From the human T2T-CHM13v2.0 reference genome, Homo sapiens: 64,000 nucleotides of DNA. The stretch lies in assembly GCF_009914755.1 (NCBI RefSeq), contig NC_060939.1, one strand, 5' to 3'. The notes below the pieces were generated by a model. It worked only from the letters and a program-made list of their open reading frames with translations, did not search any database and had not been told where the DNA came from. Each line of letters opens with the position of its first letter. Position 1 is the stretch's first letter. A program made the position numbers and the translations under genes. Below, piece after piece: positions 37,767 to 51,700 of the stretch.

Positions 37767-40700
37767 CTATTACTTTCATTTCCATTCAGTTCCAATCCAT
37801 TTGATTCCATTCCACTCGGTTTCACTCCATTTGAGTCCAGTCCATTCCATTCCATTCCATTCCATTCCATTCCATTCCATTCCATTCCATTCTGTTCCAT
37901 TCCATTCCATTCCATTCGGTACCATTCCATATTGTTCCATTCGATTCCATTCGATTCCATTCCATTCCAGTCCATTCCATTCTATTCCATTCCATTCCTT
38001 TCAATTCCATTCCATTCCATTCGATTCCACTTGATTCCACTCCATTCCCTTCCACTGCGTTCCATTCGATTCCATTCCATTGCATTGCATTCCATTCCAT
38101 TGGATTGCATTCCATTCGATTCCATTCCATTCGAATCAATTACATAGCAATCCATTACATTCGAGTCTGTTCTATTCCGTTCCATTCGATTTCGTTCCAA
38201 TCCATTCGATTCCATTCCATTCGATTCCATTCCATACTATTGCATTCCATTCGATTAAATTATACTCGAATAAATTCCATTCAAGACCATTTCTGTTGAG
38301 TCCATTCTACTTGAGTCCATTCCCTTTGATTCCATAACATTTGAGTCCATTCAATTCCATTCCTTTCGTTTCCATTCCATTTGATGCCATTCCATTCAAT
38401 TCTGTTCTACTCGACTCCAGTACATTCAATTCCATTCCATCCGATTCCATTACATTCTTTTCATTTCTTATCCATTTCATGCCATTCCATTCCATTCCAT
38501 TCCATTCCACTCGTTTCCTTTCCATTCGAGTCCATTCCACTCCAGTCCATTCCATTCGAATCCATTTCACTCCAGTCCATTCCATTCGAATCCATTTCAC
38601 TCCAGTCCATTAAATTCGAGTACATTCCATTCCATTCTATTCAATGCCATTCCATTCGATTCTATTCCATTCGACACCATTCCTTTCCATTCCGTTCCAT
38701 CCGATTCCATTCCATTGTATTCCATTCAATTCCATTCCATTGCATTCCATTCGTTTCCATTCCATTCGAATTCATTCCACTCAAGTCCATTCCATTCGAG
38801 TCCATTCCATTCGATATCATTCCATACTATTGAATTCCATTCTATTCCATTGTTTTCGAATAAATTCCAACCGAGACCATTCCTTTCGTGTCCATTCTAT
38901 TTGACTGCATTCCATTTGAGTCCATTAAATTTCTGCACATTCCATTCCTTTCCATTCCATTCCATTCCATTCCTTTCGGTGCCATTCCATTCCACTCTAA
39001 TCCATTCAAGTCCATTCCATTTGAGTCCATTCCATTGATTCGATGCCATTACATTCAATTCTATTCCATTCGACTCCATTGCATTCCATTCCCTTCCAAA
39101 CGATTCCATTCCATTCTATTACTTTCTATTCCAATCCATTCCATTCCGTTCCATTCGTTTCCATTCCATTCGAGTCCACTCCATTCCAGTCCATTCCATT
39201 CGATTCCATTCCTTTCCAGTCCATTCCATTCAAGTCCATTCCACTGCATTCCATTCCATTCGATATCCTTCGATAACACCCCATTCCATTCTGCTCCTTA
39301 ATATTCAATTCAATTCCATTCCATTTGATTCCATTCCATTTGATTACATTCCATTCGACTCCATTCCATTCGACTCTATTCCATTCGAGTCCATTCCGTT
39401 CCATTCCATTGCATTCCGTTCCAATCCCTATTCCATTCCATTTTGTTACTGTCCATTCCATTTGAGTCCATTCCATGACAAACCATTCCATTCGATTCCA
39501 TTCCAATAGATTCCATTGCACTCGAATCCAGTGCGTTCCATTCCATTGCTTTCCATTCTATTACATTCCATTGCATTCCATTCCATTCCATTTGATTGCA
39601 TTCCATTCAATTCCATTAATTTCGAATCAATTACATTGCAATCCATTGCATTCGAGTTCTATTCCAGTCCATTGCATTCCGGCGCATGCCGTTCCATTCC
39701 ATTCCATTCGCTTCCGTTCCATTCGAATCGATTGCATTGCAATGCTTTACATTCGAGTCCGTTTTATTCCAGTCCAATCCATTCCGGTCCATTCCGTTCG
39801 ATTCCATTCCATTCGATGCCACTCCATACTATTGTATTTCATTCGATTCCATTCTATTCAAATAAATTCCATTCGAGACCATTCCTTTCGAGTCCATTCT
39901 ATTTGAGTCCATTCCATTCGAGTCCATTATATTTGGGTCCATTCCATTCAATTCCATTGCAATCCATTCCATTCGATGTCACTCCATTCATTTCTATTCC
40001 ATTAGAGTCCATGTCATTCGAGTCCATTCCATTCTATTCTATTCCACTCCATTTCATTCCATTCCACTCCATTCCATTCGTTGCCGTTCCATTCAATTCT
40101 ATTATATTCCACTCCATTTACTTCCATTCCATTCCATTCCATTCCATTCTATCCAATTCCGTTCCATTCTATTCCTTTAAAGTCCATTCCATTCCATTCG
40201 TTTCCATTCCATTCGAGTAAAGTCCACTCCAGTCCTTTCCATTCGAGTCCATTCCTCTCCAGTCCATTCCGTTCAATCCATTCCATTCCAGTCCATTCCA
40301 TTCGAGTCCGTTCCATTCCAGTCCATTCCATTCGAGTCAATTCCATTCCATTCGATATCTTTCCATAACGATCCATTCCATTCTATTCCTTTCGATTCCA
40401 TTCAATTCCATTCTTTCTATTTCATTCCATTCGATTCCCTTCCATTGGACTCCTTTCCATTCGAGTGCATTCCATTCCGTTCCATTTCTTTCTGTTCTGT
40501 ATGATTCCTACCGTTCGATTTCATTTTGTTCCAGTCTATTCCTTTCAAGTGCATTCCATTCCATTTCACTCCATTCGATTCCATTCCACTCGATTCCACT
40601 CCGTTCCATTTCACTGCATTCCATTCTATTCAATTCTATTGCATTCCATTCCATTCCATTTGATTACATTCCATGCGATTCCATTCGAATTCGAATCAAT

Positions 40701-41299
40701 TACATTGAAATCCATTACTATTGAGTCCGTTTTATTCCAGTGCTCCATTCCATTTGATTCCATTCCATTCTATTCCATTCCGTACAGTTGCGTTCCATTG
40801 GATTCCGTTCTATATCTATAAATGCAACTTGAGACCATTGCTTTTGAGTCCATTCTATATGATTCCATTCCATTCAAGTCCATTACATTTGGTTCAATTC
40901 CATTCCATTCCATTCCCTTCCATTCCATTCCATTTGATATCAATCCATACGATTCCATTCCATTCGAGCACATTCCATTCGAGTCCATTCCATTCGATGC
41001 CATTCCATTTGATTCTATTCCATTAGACTCCATTCAATTCCATTAATCTCCATTCCATTCCATTCTACTCCAACTGATTCCATTCCATTCTATTCCTTTC
41101 CATTCCATTCCATTCCATTCCATTCGCTTCCATTCCATTCGTGTCCATTCCACTCCAGTCCATTCCATTCGTGTCCATTCCATTCCAGTCCATTCCATTT
41201 GTGTCCACTGCATTCCATTCCACTCCATTCCATATTATTCCATTACACTCCATTCCATTCTATTACTTTCATTTCCATTCAGTTCCATTCCATTTGATT

Positions 41300-44200
41300 C
41301 CATTCCACTCGGTTTCACTCCATTTGAGTCCATTCCATTCCATTCCATTCCATTCCATTCCATTCCATTCTGTTCCATTCCATTCCATTCCATTCCATTG
41401 GGTACCATTCCATATTGTTCCATTCGATTCCATTCGAATCCATTCCATTCCAGTCCATTCCATTCGATTCCATTCCATTCCATTCGATTCCACTTGAATC
41501 CACTCCATTCCCTTCCACTGCATTCCATTCGATTCCATTCCATTGCATTGCATTCCATTCCATTGGATTGCATTCCATTCGATTCCATTCCATTCGAATC
41601 AATTACATAGCAATCCATTACATTCGAGTCTGTTCTATTCCGTTCCATTCGATTTCGTACCAATCCATTCGATTCCATTCCATTCGATTCCATTCCATAC
41701 TATTGCATTCCATTCGATTAAATTATACTCGAATAAGTTCCATTCAAGACCATTTCTGTTGAGTCCATTCTACTTGAGTCCATTCCCTTTGATTCCATAA
41801 CATTTGAGTCCATTCAATTCCATTCCTTTCGTTTCCATTCCATTTGATGCCATTCCATTCAATTCTGTTCTACTCGACTCCAATACATTCAATTCCATTC
41901 CATCCGATTCCATTACATTCTTTTCATTTCTTATCCATTTCAAGCCATTCCATTCCATTCCATTCCATTCCACTCGTTTCCTTTCCATTCGAGTCCATTC
42001 CACTCCAGTCCATTCCATTCGAATCCATTTCACTCCAGTCCATTCCATTCGAATCCATTTCACTCCAGTCCATTAAATTCGAGTATATTCCATTCCATTC
42101 TATTCAATGCCATTCCATTCGATTCTATTCCATTCGACACCATTCCTTTCCATTCCGTTCCATCCGATTCCATTCCATTGTATTCCATTCAATTCCATTC
42201 CATTGCATTCCATTCGTTTCCATTCCATTCGAATTCATTCCACTCAAGTCCATTCCATTCGAGTCCATTCCATTCGATATCATTCCATACTATTGAATTC
42301 CATTCGATTCCATTGTTTTCGAATAAATTCCAACCGAGACCATTCCTTTCGTGTCCATTCTATTTGACTGCATTCCATTTGAGTCCATTAAATTTCTGCA
42401 CATTCCATTCCTTTCCATTCCATTCCATTCCATTCCTTTCGGTGCCATTCCATTCCACTCTAATCCATTCAAGTCCATTCCATTTGAGTCCATTCCATTG
42501 ATTCGATGCCATTACATTCAATTCTATTACATTCGACTCCATTGCATTCCATTCCCTTCCAAACGATTCCATTCCATTCTATTAATTTCTATTCCAATCC
42601 ATTCCATTCCGTTCCATTCGTTTCCATTCCATTCGAGTCCACTCCATTCCAGTCCATTCCATTCGATTCCATTCCATTCCAGTCCATTCCATTCAAGTCC
42701 ATTCCACTGCATTCCATTCCATTCGATATCCTTCGATAACTCCCCATTCCATTCTGCTCCTTAATATTCAATTCAATTCCATTCCATTTGATTCCATTCC
42801 ATTTGATTACATTCCATTCGACTCCATTCCATTCGACTCTATTCCATTCGAGTCCATTCCATTCCATTCCATTGCATTCCGTTCCAATCCCTATTCCATT
42901 CCATTTTGTTACTGTCCATTCCATTTGAGTCCATTCCATGCCAAACAATTCCATTCGATTCCATTCCAATAGATTCCATTGCACTCGAATCCAGTGCGTT
43001 CCATTCCATTGCTTTCCATTCTATTACATTCCATTGCATTCCATTCAATTCCATTAATTTCGAATCAATTACATTGCAATCCATTGCATTCGAGTTCTAT
43101 TCCAGTCCATTGCATTCCGGCGCATGCCGTTCCATTCCATTCCATTCGCTTCCGTTCCATTCGAATCAATTGCATTGCAATGCTTTACATTCGAGTCCGT
43201 TTTATTCCAGTCCAATCCATTCCGGTCCATTCCGTTCGATTCCATTCCATTCGATGCCACTCCATACTATTGTATTTCATTCGATTCCATTCTATTCAAA
43301 TAAATTCCATTCGAGACCATTCCTTTCGAGTCCATTCTATTTGAGTCCATTCCATTCGAGTCCATTATATTTGGGTCCATTCCATTCAATTCCATTGCAA
43401 TCCATTCCATTCGATGTCACTCCATTCATTTCTATTCCATTAGAGTCCATGTCATTCGAGTCCATTCCATTCTATTCTATTCCACTCCATTTCATTCCAT
43501 TCCACTCCATTCCATTCGTTGCCGTTCCATTCAATTCTATTATATTCCACTCCATTTACTTCCATTCCATTCCATTCCATTCTATCCAATTCCGTTCCAT
43601 TCTATTCCTTTAAGGTCCATTCCATTCCATTCCATTCGTTTCCATTCCATTCGAGTAAAGTCCACTCCAGTCCTTTCCATTCGAGTCCATTCCTCTCCAG
43701 TCCATTCCGTTCAATCCATTCCATTCCAGTCCATTCCATTCGAGTCCGTTCCATTCCAGTCCATTCCATTCGAGTCAATTCCATTCCATTCGATATCTTT
43801 CCATAACGATCCATTCCATTCTATTCCTTTTGATTCCATTCAATTCCATTCTTTCTATTTCATTCCATTCGATTCCCTTCCATTGGACTCCTTTCCATTC
43901 GAGTGCATTCCATTCCGTTCCATTTCTTTCTGTTCTGTATGATTCCTACCGTTCGATTTCATTTTGTTCCAGTCTATTCCTTTCAAGTGCATTCCATTCC
44001 ATTTCACTCCATTCGATTCCATTCCACTCGATTCCACTCCGTTCCATTTCACTGCATTCCATTCTACTCAATTCTATTGCATTCCATTCCATTCCATTTG
44101 ATTACATTCCATGCGATTCCATTCGAATTCGAATCAATTACATTGAAATCCATTACTATTGAGTCCGTTTTATTCCAGTCCACTCCATTCTGCTCCATTC

Positions 44201-47200
44201 CATTTGATTCCATTCCATTCTATTCCATTCCGTACAGTTGCGTTCCATTGGATTCCATTCTATATCTATAAATGCAACTTGAGACCATTGCTTTTGAGTC
44301 CATTCTATATGATTCCATTCCATTCAAGTCCATTACATTTGGTTCAATTCCATTCCATTCCATTCCCTTCCATTCCATTCCATTTGATATCAATCCATAC
44401 GATTCCATTCCATTCGAGCACATTCCATTCGAGTCCATTCCATTCGATGCCATTCCATTTGATTCTATTCCATTAGACTCCATTCAATTCCATTAATCTC
44501 CATTCCATTCCATTCTACTCCAACTGATTCCATTCCATTCTATTCCTTTCCATTCCATTCCATTCCATTCCATTCGCTTCCATTCCATTCGTGTCCATTC
44601 CACTCCAGTCCATTCCATTCGTGTCCATTCCATTCCAGTCCATTCCATTTGTGTCCACTGCATTCCATTCCACTCCATTCCATATTATTCCATTACACTC
44701 CATTCCATTCTATTACTTTCATTTCCATTCAGTTCCATTCCATTTGATTCCATTCCACTCGGTTTCACTCCATTTGAGTCCATTCCATTCCATTCCATTC
44801 CATTCCATTCCATTCCATTCTGTTCCATTCCATTCCATTCCATTCCATTGGGTACCATTCCATATTGTTCCATTCGATTCCATTCGAATCCATTCCATTC
44901 CAGTCCATTCCATTCGATTCCATTCCATTCCATTCGATTCCACTTGAATCCACTCCATTCCCTTCCACTGCATTCCATTCGATTCCATTCCATTGCATTG
45001 CATTCCTTTCCATTGGATTGCATTCCATTCGATTCCATTCCATTCGAATCAATTACATAGCAATCCATTACATTCGAGTCTGTTCTATTCCGTTCCATTC
45101 GATTTCGTACCAATCCATTCGATTCCATTCCACTCGATTCCATTCCATACTATTGCATTCCATTCGATTAAATTATACTCGAATAAGTTCCATTCAAGAC
45201 CATTTCTGTTGAGTCCATTCTACTTGAGTCCATTCCCTTTGATTCCATAACATTTGAGTCCATTCAATTCCATTCCTTTCGTTTCCATTCCATTTGATGC
45301 CATTCCATTCAATTCTGTTCTACTCGACTCCAATACATTCAATTCCATTCCATCCGATTCCATTACATTCTTTTCATTTCTTATCCATTTCAAGCCATTC
45401 CATTCCATTCCATTCCATTCCACTCGTTTCCTTTCCATTCGAGTCCATTCCACTCCAGTCCATTCCATTCGAATCCATTTCACTCCAGTCCATTCCATTC
45501 GAATCCATTTCACTCCAGTCCATTAAATTCGAGTATATTCCATTCCATTCTATTCAATGCCATTCCATTCGATTCTATTCCATTCGACACCATTCCTTTC
45601 CATTCCGTTCCATCCGATTCCATTCCATTGTATTCCATTCAATTCCATTCCATTGCATTCCATTCGTTTCCATTCCATTCGAATTCATTCCACTCAAGTC
45701 CATTCCATTCGAGTCCATTCCTTTCGATATCATTCCATACTATTGAATTCCATTCAATTCCATTGTTTTCGAATAAATTCCAACCGAGACCATTCCTTTC
45801 GTGTCCATTCTATTTGACTGCATTCCATTTGAGTCCATTAAATTTCTGCACATTCCATTCCTTTCCATTCCATTCCATTCCATTCCTTTCGGTGCCATTC
45901 CATTCCACTCTAATCCATTCAAGTCCATTCCATTTGAGTCCATTCCATTGATTCGATGCCATTACATTCAATTCTATTCCATTCGACTCCATTGCATTCC
46001 ATTCCCTTCCAAACGATTCCATTCCATTCTATTAATTTCTATTCCAATCCATTCCATTCCGTTCCATTCGTTTCCATTCCATTCGAGTCCACTCCATTCC
46101 AGTCCATTCCATTCGATTCCATTCCATTCCAGTCCATTCCATTCAAGTCCATTCCACTGCATTCCATTCCATTCGATATCCTTCGATAACTCCCCATTCC
46201 ATTCTGCTCCTTAATATTCAATTCAATTCCATTCCATTTGATTCCATTCCATTTGATTACATTCCATTCGACTCCATTCCATTCGACTCTATTCCATTCG
46301 AGTCCATTCCATTCCATTCCATTGCATTCCGTTCCAATCCCTATTCCATTCCATTTTGTTACTGTCCATTCCATTTGAGTCCATTCCATGCCAAACAATT
46401 CCATTCGATTCCATTCCAATAGATTCCATTGCACTCGAATCCAGTGCGTTCCATTCCATTGCTTTCCATTCTATTACATTCCATTGCATTCCATTCAATT
46501 CCATTAATTTCGAATCAATTACATTGCAATCCATTGCATTCGAGTTCTATTCCAGTCCATTGCATTCCGGCGCATGCCGTTCCATTCCATTCCATTCGCT
46601 TCCGTTCCATTCGAATCAATTGCATTGCAATGCTTTACATTCGAGTCCGTTTTATTCCAGTCCAATCCATTCCGGTCCATTCCGTTCGATTCCATTCCAT
46701 TCGATGCCACTCCATACTATTGTATTTCATTCGATTCCATTCTATTCAAATAAATTCCATTCGAGACCATTCCTTTCGAGTCCATTCTATTTGAGTCCAT
46801 TCCATTCGAGTCCATTATATTTGGGTCCATTCCATTCAATTCCATTGCAATCCATTCCATTCGATGTCACTCCATTCATTTCTATTCCATTAGAGTCCAT
46901 GTCATTCGAGTCCATTCCATTCTATTCTATTCCACTCCATTTCATTCCATTCCACTCCATTCCATTCGTTGCCGTTCCATTCAATTCTATTATATTCCAC
47001 TCCATTTACTTCCATTCCATTCCATTCCATTCTATCCAATTCCGTTCCATTCTATTCCTTTAAAGTCCATTCCATTCCATTCCATTCGTTTCCATTCCAT
47101 TCGAGTAAAGTCCACTCCAGTCCTTTCCATTCGAGTCCATTCCTCTCCAGTCCATTCCGTTCAATCCATTCCATTCCAGTCCATTCCATTCGAGTCCGTT

Positions 47201-50200
47201 CCATTCCAGTCCATTCCATTCGAGTCAATTCCATTCCATTCGATATCTTTCCATAACGATCCATTCCATTCTATTCCTTTTGATTCCATTCAATTCCATT
47301 CTTTCTATTTCATTCCATTCGATTCCCTTCCATTGGACTCCTTTCCATTCGAGTGCATTCCATTCCGTTCCATTTCTTTCTGTTCTGTATGATTCCTACC
47401 GTTCGATTTCATTTTGTTCCAGTCTATTCCTTTCAAGTGCATTCCATTCCATTTCACTCCATTCGATTCCATTCCACTCGATTCCACTCCGTTCCATTTC
47501 ACTGCATTCCATTCTACTCAATTCTATTGCATTCCATTCCATTCCATTTGATTACATTCCATGCGATTCCATTCGAATTCGAATCAATTACATTGAAATC
47601 CATTACTATTGAGTCCGTTTTATTCCAGTCCACTCCATTCTGCTCCATTCCATTTGATTCCATTCCATTCTATTCCATTCCGTACAGTTGCGTTCCATTG
47701 GATTCCATTCTATATCTATAAATGCAACTTGAGACCATTGCTTTTGAGTCCATTCTATATGATTCCATTCCATTCAAGTCCATTACATTTGGTTCAATTC
47801 CATTCCATTCCATTCCCTTCCATTCCATTCCATTTGATATCAATCCATACGATTCCATTCCATTCGAGCACATTCCATTCGAGTCCATTCCATTCGATGC
47901 CATTCCATTTGATTCTATTCCATTAGACTCCATTCAATTCCATTAATCTCCATTCCATTCCATTCTACTCCAACTGATTCCATTCCATTCTATTCCTTTC
48001 CATTCCATTCCATTCCATTCCATTCGCTTCCATTCCATTCGTGTCCATTCCACTCCAGTCCATTCCATTCGTGTCCATTCCATTCCAGTCCATTCCATTT
48101 GTGTCCACTGCATTCCATTCCACTCCATTCCATATTATTCCATTACACTCCATTCCATTCTATTACTTTCATTTCCATTCAGTTCCATTCCATTTGATTC
48201 CATTCCACTCGGTTTCACTCCATTTGAGTCCATTCCATTCCATTCCATTCCATTCCATTCCATTCCATTCTGTTCCATTCCATTCCATTCCATTCCATTG
48301 GGTACCATTCCATATTGTTCCATTCGATTCCATTCGAATCCATTCCATTCCAGTCCATTCCATTCGATTCCATTCCATTCCATTCGATTCCACTTGAATC
48401 CACTCCATTCCCTTCCACTGCATTCCATTCGATTCCATTCCATTGCATTGCATTCCTTTCCATTGGATTGCATTCCATTCGATTCCATTCCATTCGAATC
48501 AATTACATAGCAATCCATTACATTCGAGTCTGTTCTATTCCGTTCCATTCGATTTCGTACCAATCCATTCGATTCCATTCCACTCGATTCCATTCCATAC
48601 TATTGCATTCCATTCGATTAAATTATACTCGAATAAGTTCCATTCAAGACCATTTCTGTTGAGTCCATTCTACTTGAGTCCATTCCCTTTGATTCCATAA
48701 CATTTGAGTCCATTCAATTCCATTCCTTTCGTTTCCATTCCATTTGATGCCATTCCATTCAATTCTGTTCTACTCGACTCCAATACATTCAATTCCATTC
48801 CATCCGATTCCATTACATTCTTTTCATTTCTTATCCATTTCAAGCCATTCCATTCCATTCCATTCCATTCCACTCGTTTCCTTTCCATTCGAGTCCATTC
48901 CACTCCAGTCCATTCCATTCGAATCCATTTCACTCCAGTCCATTCCATTCGAATCCATTTCACTCCAGTCCATTAAATTCGAGTATATTCCATTCCATTC
49001 TATTCAATGCCATTCCATTCGATTCTATTCCATTCGACACCATTCCTTTCCATTCCGTTCCATCCGATTCCATTCCATTGTATTCCATTCAATTCCATTC
49101 CATTGCATTCCATTCGTTTCCATTCCATTCGAATTCATTCCACTCAAGTCCATTCCATTCGAGTCCATTCCTTTCGATATCATTCCATACTATTGAATTC
49201 CATTCAATTCCATTGTTTTCGAATAAATTCCAACCGAGACCATTCCTTTCGTGTCCATTCTATTTGACTGCATTCCATTTGAGTCCATTAAATTTCTGCA
49301 CATTCCATTCCTTTCCATTCCATTCCATTCCATTCCTTTCGGTGCCATTCCATTCCACTCTAATCCATTTAAGTCCATTCCATTTGAGTCCATTCCATTG
49401 ATTCGATGCCATTACATTCAATTCTATTCCATTCGACTCCATTGCATTCCATTCCCTTCCAAACGATTCCATTCCATTCTATTAATTTCTATTCCAATCC
49501 ATTCCATTCCGTTCCATTCGTTTCCATTCCATTCGAGTCCACTCCATTCCAGTCCATTCCATTCGATTCCATTCCATTCCAGTCCATTCCATTCAAGTCC
49601 ATTCCACTGCATTCCATTCCATTCGATATCCTTCGATAACTCCCCATTCCATTCTGCTCCTTAATATTCAATTCAATTCCATTCCATTTGATTCCATTCC
49701 ATTTGATTACATTCCATTCGACTCCATTCCATTCGACTCTATTCCATTCGAGTCCATTCCATTCCATTCCATTGCATTCCGTTCCAATCCCTATTCCATT
49801 CCATTTTGTTACTGTCCATTCCATTTGAGTCCATTCCATGCCAAACAATTCCATTCGATTCCATTCCAATAGATTCCATTGCACTCGAATCCAGTGCGTT
49901 CCATTCCATTGCTTTCCATTCTATTACATTCCATTGCATTCCATTCAATTCCATTAATTTCGAATCAATTACATTGCAATCCATTGCATTCGAGTTCTAT
50001 TCCAGTCCATTGCATTCCGGCGCATGCCGTTCCATTCCATTCCATTCGCTTCCGTTCCATTCGAATCAATTGCATTGCAATGCTTTACATTCGAGTCCGT
50101 TTTATTCCAGTCCAATCCATTCCGGTCCATTCCGTTCGATTCCATTCCATTCGATGCCACTCCATACTATTGTATTTCATTCGATTCCATTCTATTCAAA

Positions 50201-51700
50201 TAAATTCCATTCGAGACCATTCCTTTCGAGTCCATTCTATTTGAGTCCATTCCATTCGAGTCCATTATATTTGGGTCCATTCCATTCAATTCCATTGCAA
50301 TCCATTCCATTCGATGTCACTCCATTCATTTCTATTCCATTAGAGTCCATGTCATTGGAGTCCATTCCATTCTATTCTATTCCACTCCATTTCATTCCAT
50401 TCCACTCCATTCCATTCGTTGCCGTTCCATTCAATTCTATTATATTCCACTCCATTTACTTCCATTCCATTCCATTCCATTCTATCCAATTCCGTTCCAT
50501 TCTATTCCTTCAAAGTCCATTCCATTCCATTCCATTCGTTTCCATTCCATTCGAGTAAAGTCCACTCCAGTCCTTTCCATTCGAGTCCATTCCTCTCCAG
50601 TCCATTCCGTTCAATCCATTCCATTCCAGTCCATTCCATTCGAGTCCGTTCCATTCCAGTCCATTCCATTCGAGTCAATTCCATTCCATTCGATATCTTT
50701 CCATAACGATCCATTCCATTCTATTCCTTTCGATTCCATTCAATTCCATTCTTTCTATTTCATTCCATTCGATTCCCTTCCATTGGACTCCTTTCCATTC
50801 GAGTGCATTCCATTCCGTTCCATTTCTTTCTGTTCTGTATGATTCCTACCGTTCGATTTCATTTTGTTCCAGTCTATTCCTTTCAAGTGCATTCCATTCC
50901 ATTTCACTCCATTCGATTCCATTCCACTCGATTCCACTCCGTTCCATTTCACTGCATTCCATTCTACTCAATTCTATTGCATTCCATTCCATTCCATTTG
51001 ATTACATTCCATGCGATTCCATTCGAATTCGAATCAATTACATTGAAATCCATTACTATTGAGTCCGTTTTATTCCAGTCCACTCCATTCTGCTCCATTC
51101 CATTTGATTCCATTCCATTCTATTCCATTCCGTACAGTTGCGTTCCATTGGATTCCATTCTATATCTATAAATGCAACTTGAGACCATTGCTTTTGAGTC
51201 CATTCTATATGATTCCATTCCATTCAAGTCCATTACATTTGGTTCAATTCCATTCCATTCCATTCCCTTCCATTCCATTCCATTTGATATCAATCCATAC
51301 GATTCCATTCCATTCGAGCACATTCCATTCGAGTCCATTCCATTCGATGCCATTCCATTTGATTCTATTCCATTAGACTCCATTCAATTCCATTAATCTC
51401 CATTCCATTCCATTCTACTCCAACTGATTCCATTCCATTCTATTCCTTTCCATTCCATTCCATTCCATTCCATTCGCTTCCATTCCATTCGTGTCCATTC
51501 CACTCCAGTCCATTCCATTCGTGTCCATTCCATTCCAGTCCATTCCATTTGTGTCCACTGCATTCCATTCCACTCCATTCCATATTATTCCATTACACTC
51601 CATTCCATTCTATTACTTTCATTTCCATTCAGTTCCATTCCATTTGATTCCATTCCACTCGGTTTCACTCCATTTGAGTCCATTCCATTCCATTCCATTC
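41300..51700 (+). repeat. Recent triplication of a 3,450-bp unit
   Basis: KpnI sites at 41401, 44851 and 48301 are exactly 3,450 apart. The three copies share private alleles TTTCGTACC, CACTTGAATC, GAGTATATTC, GATAACTCCCC, CCAAACAATT and a 25-bp deletion near 43040/46490/49940. Confidence 0.9.
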
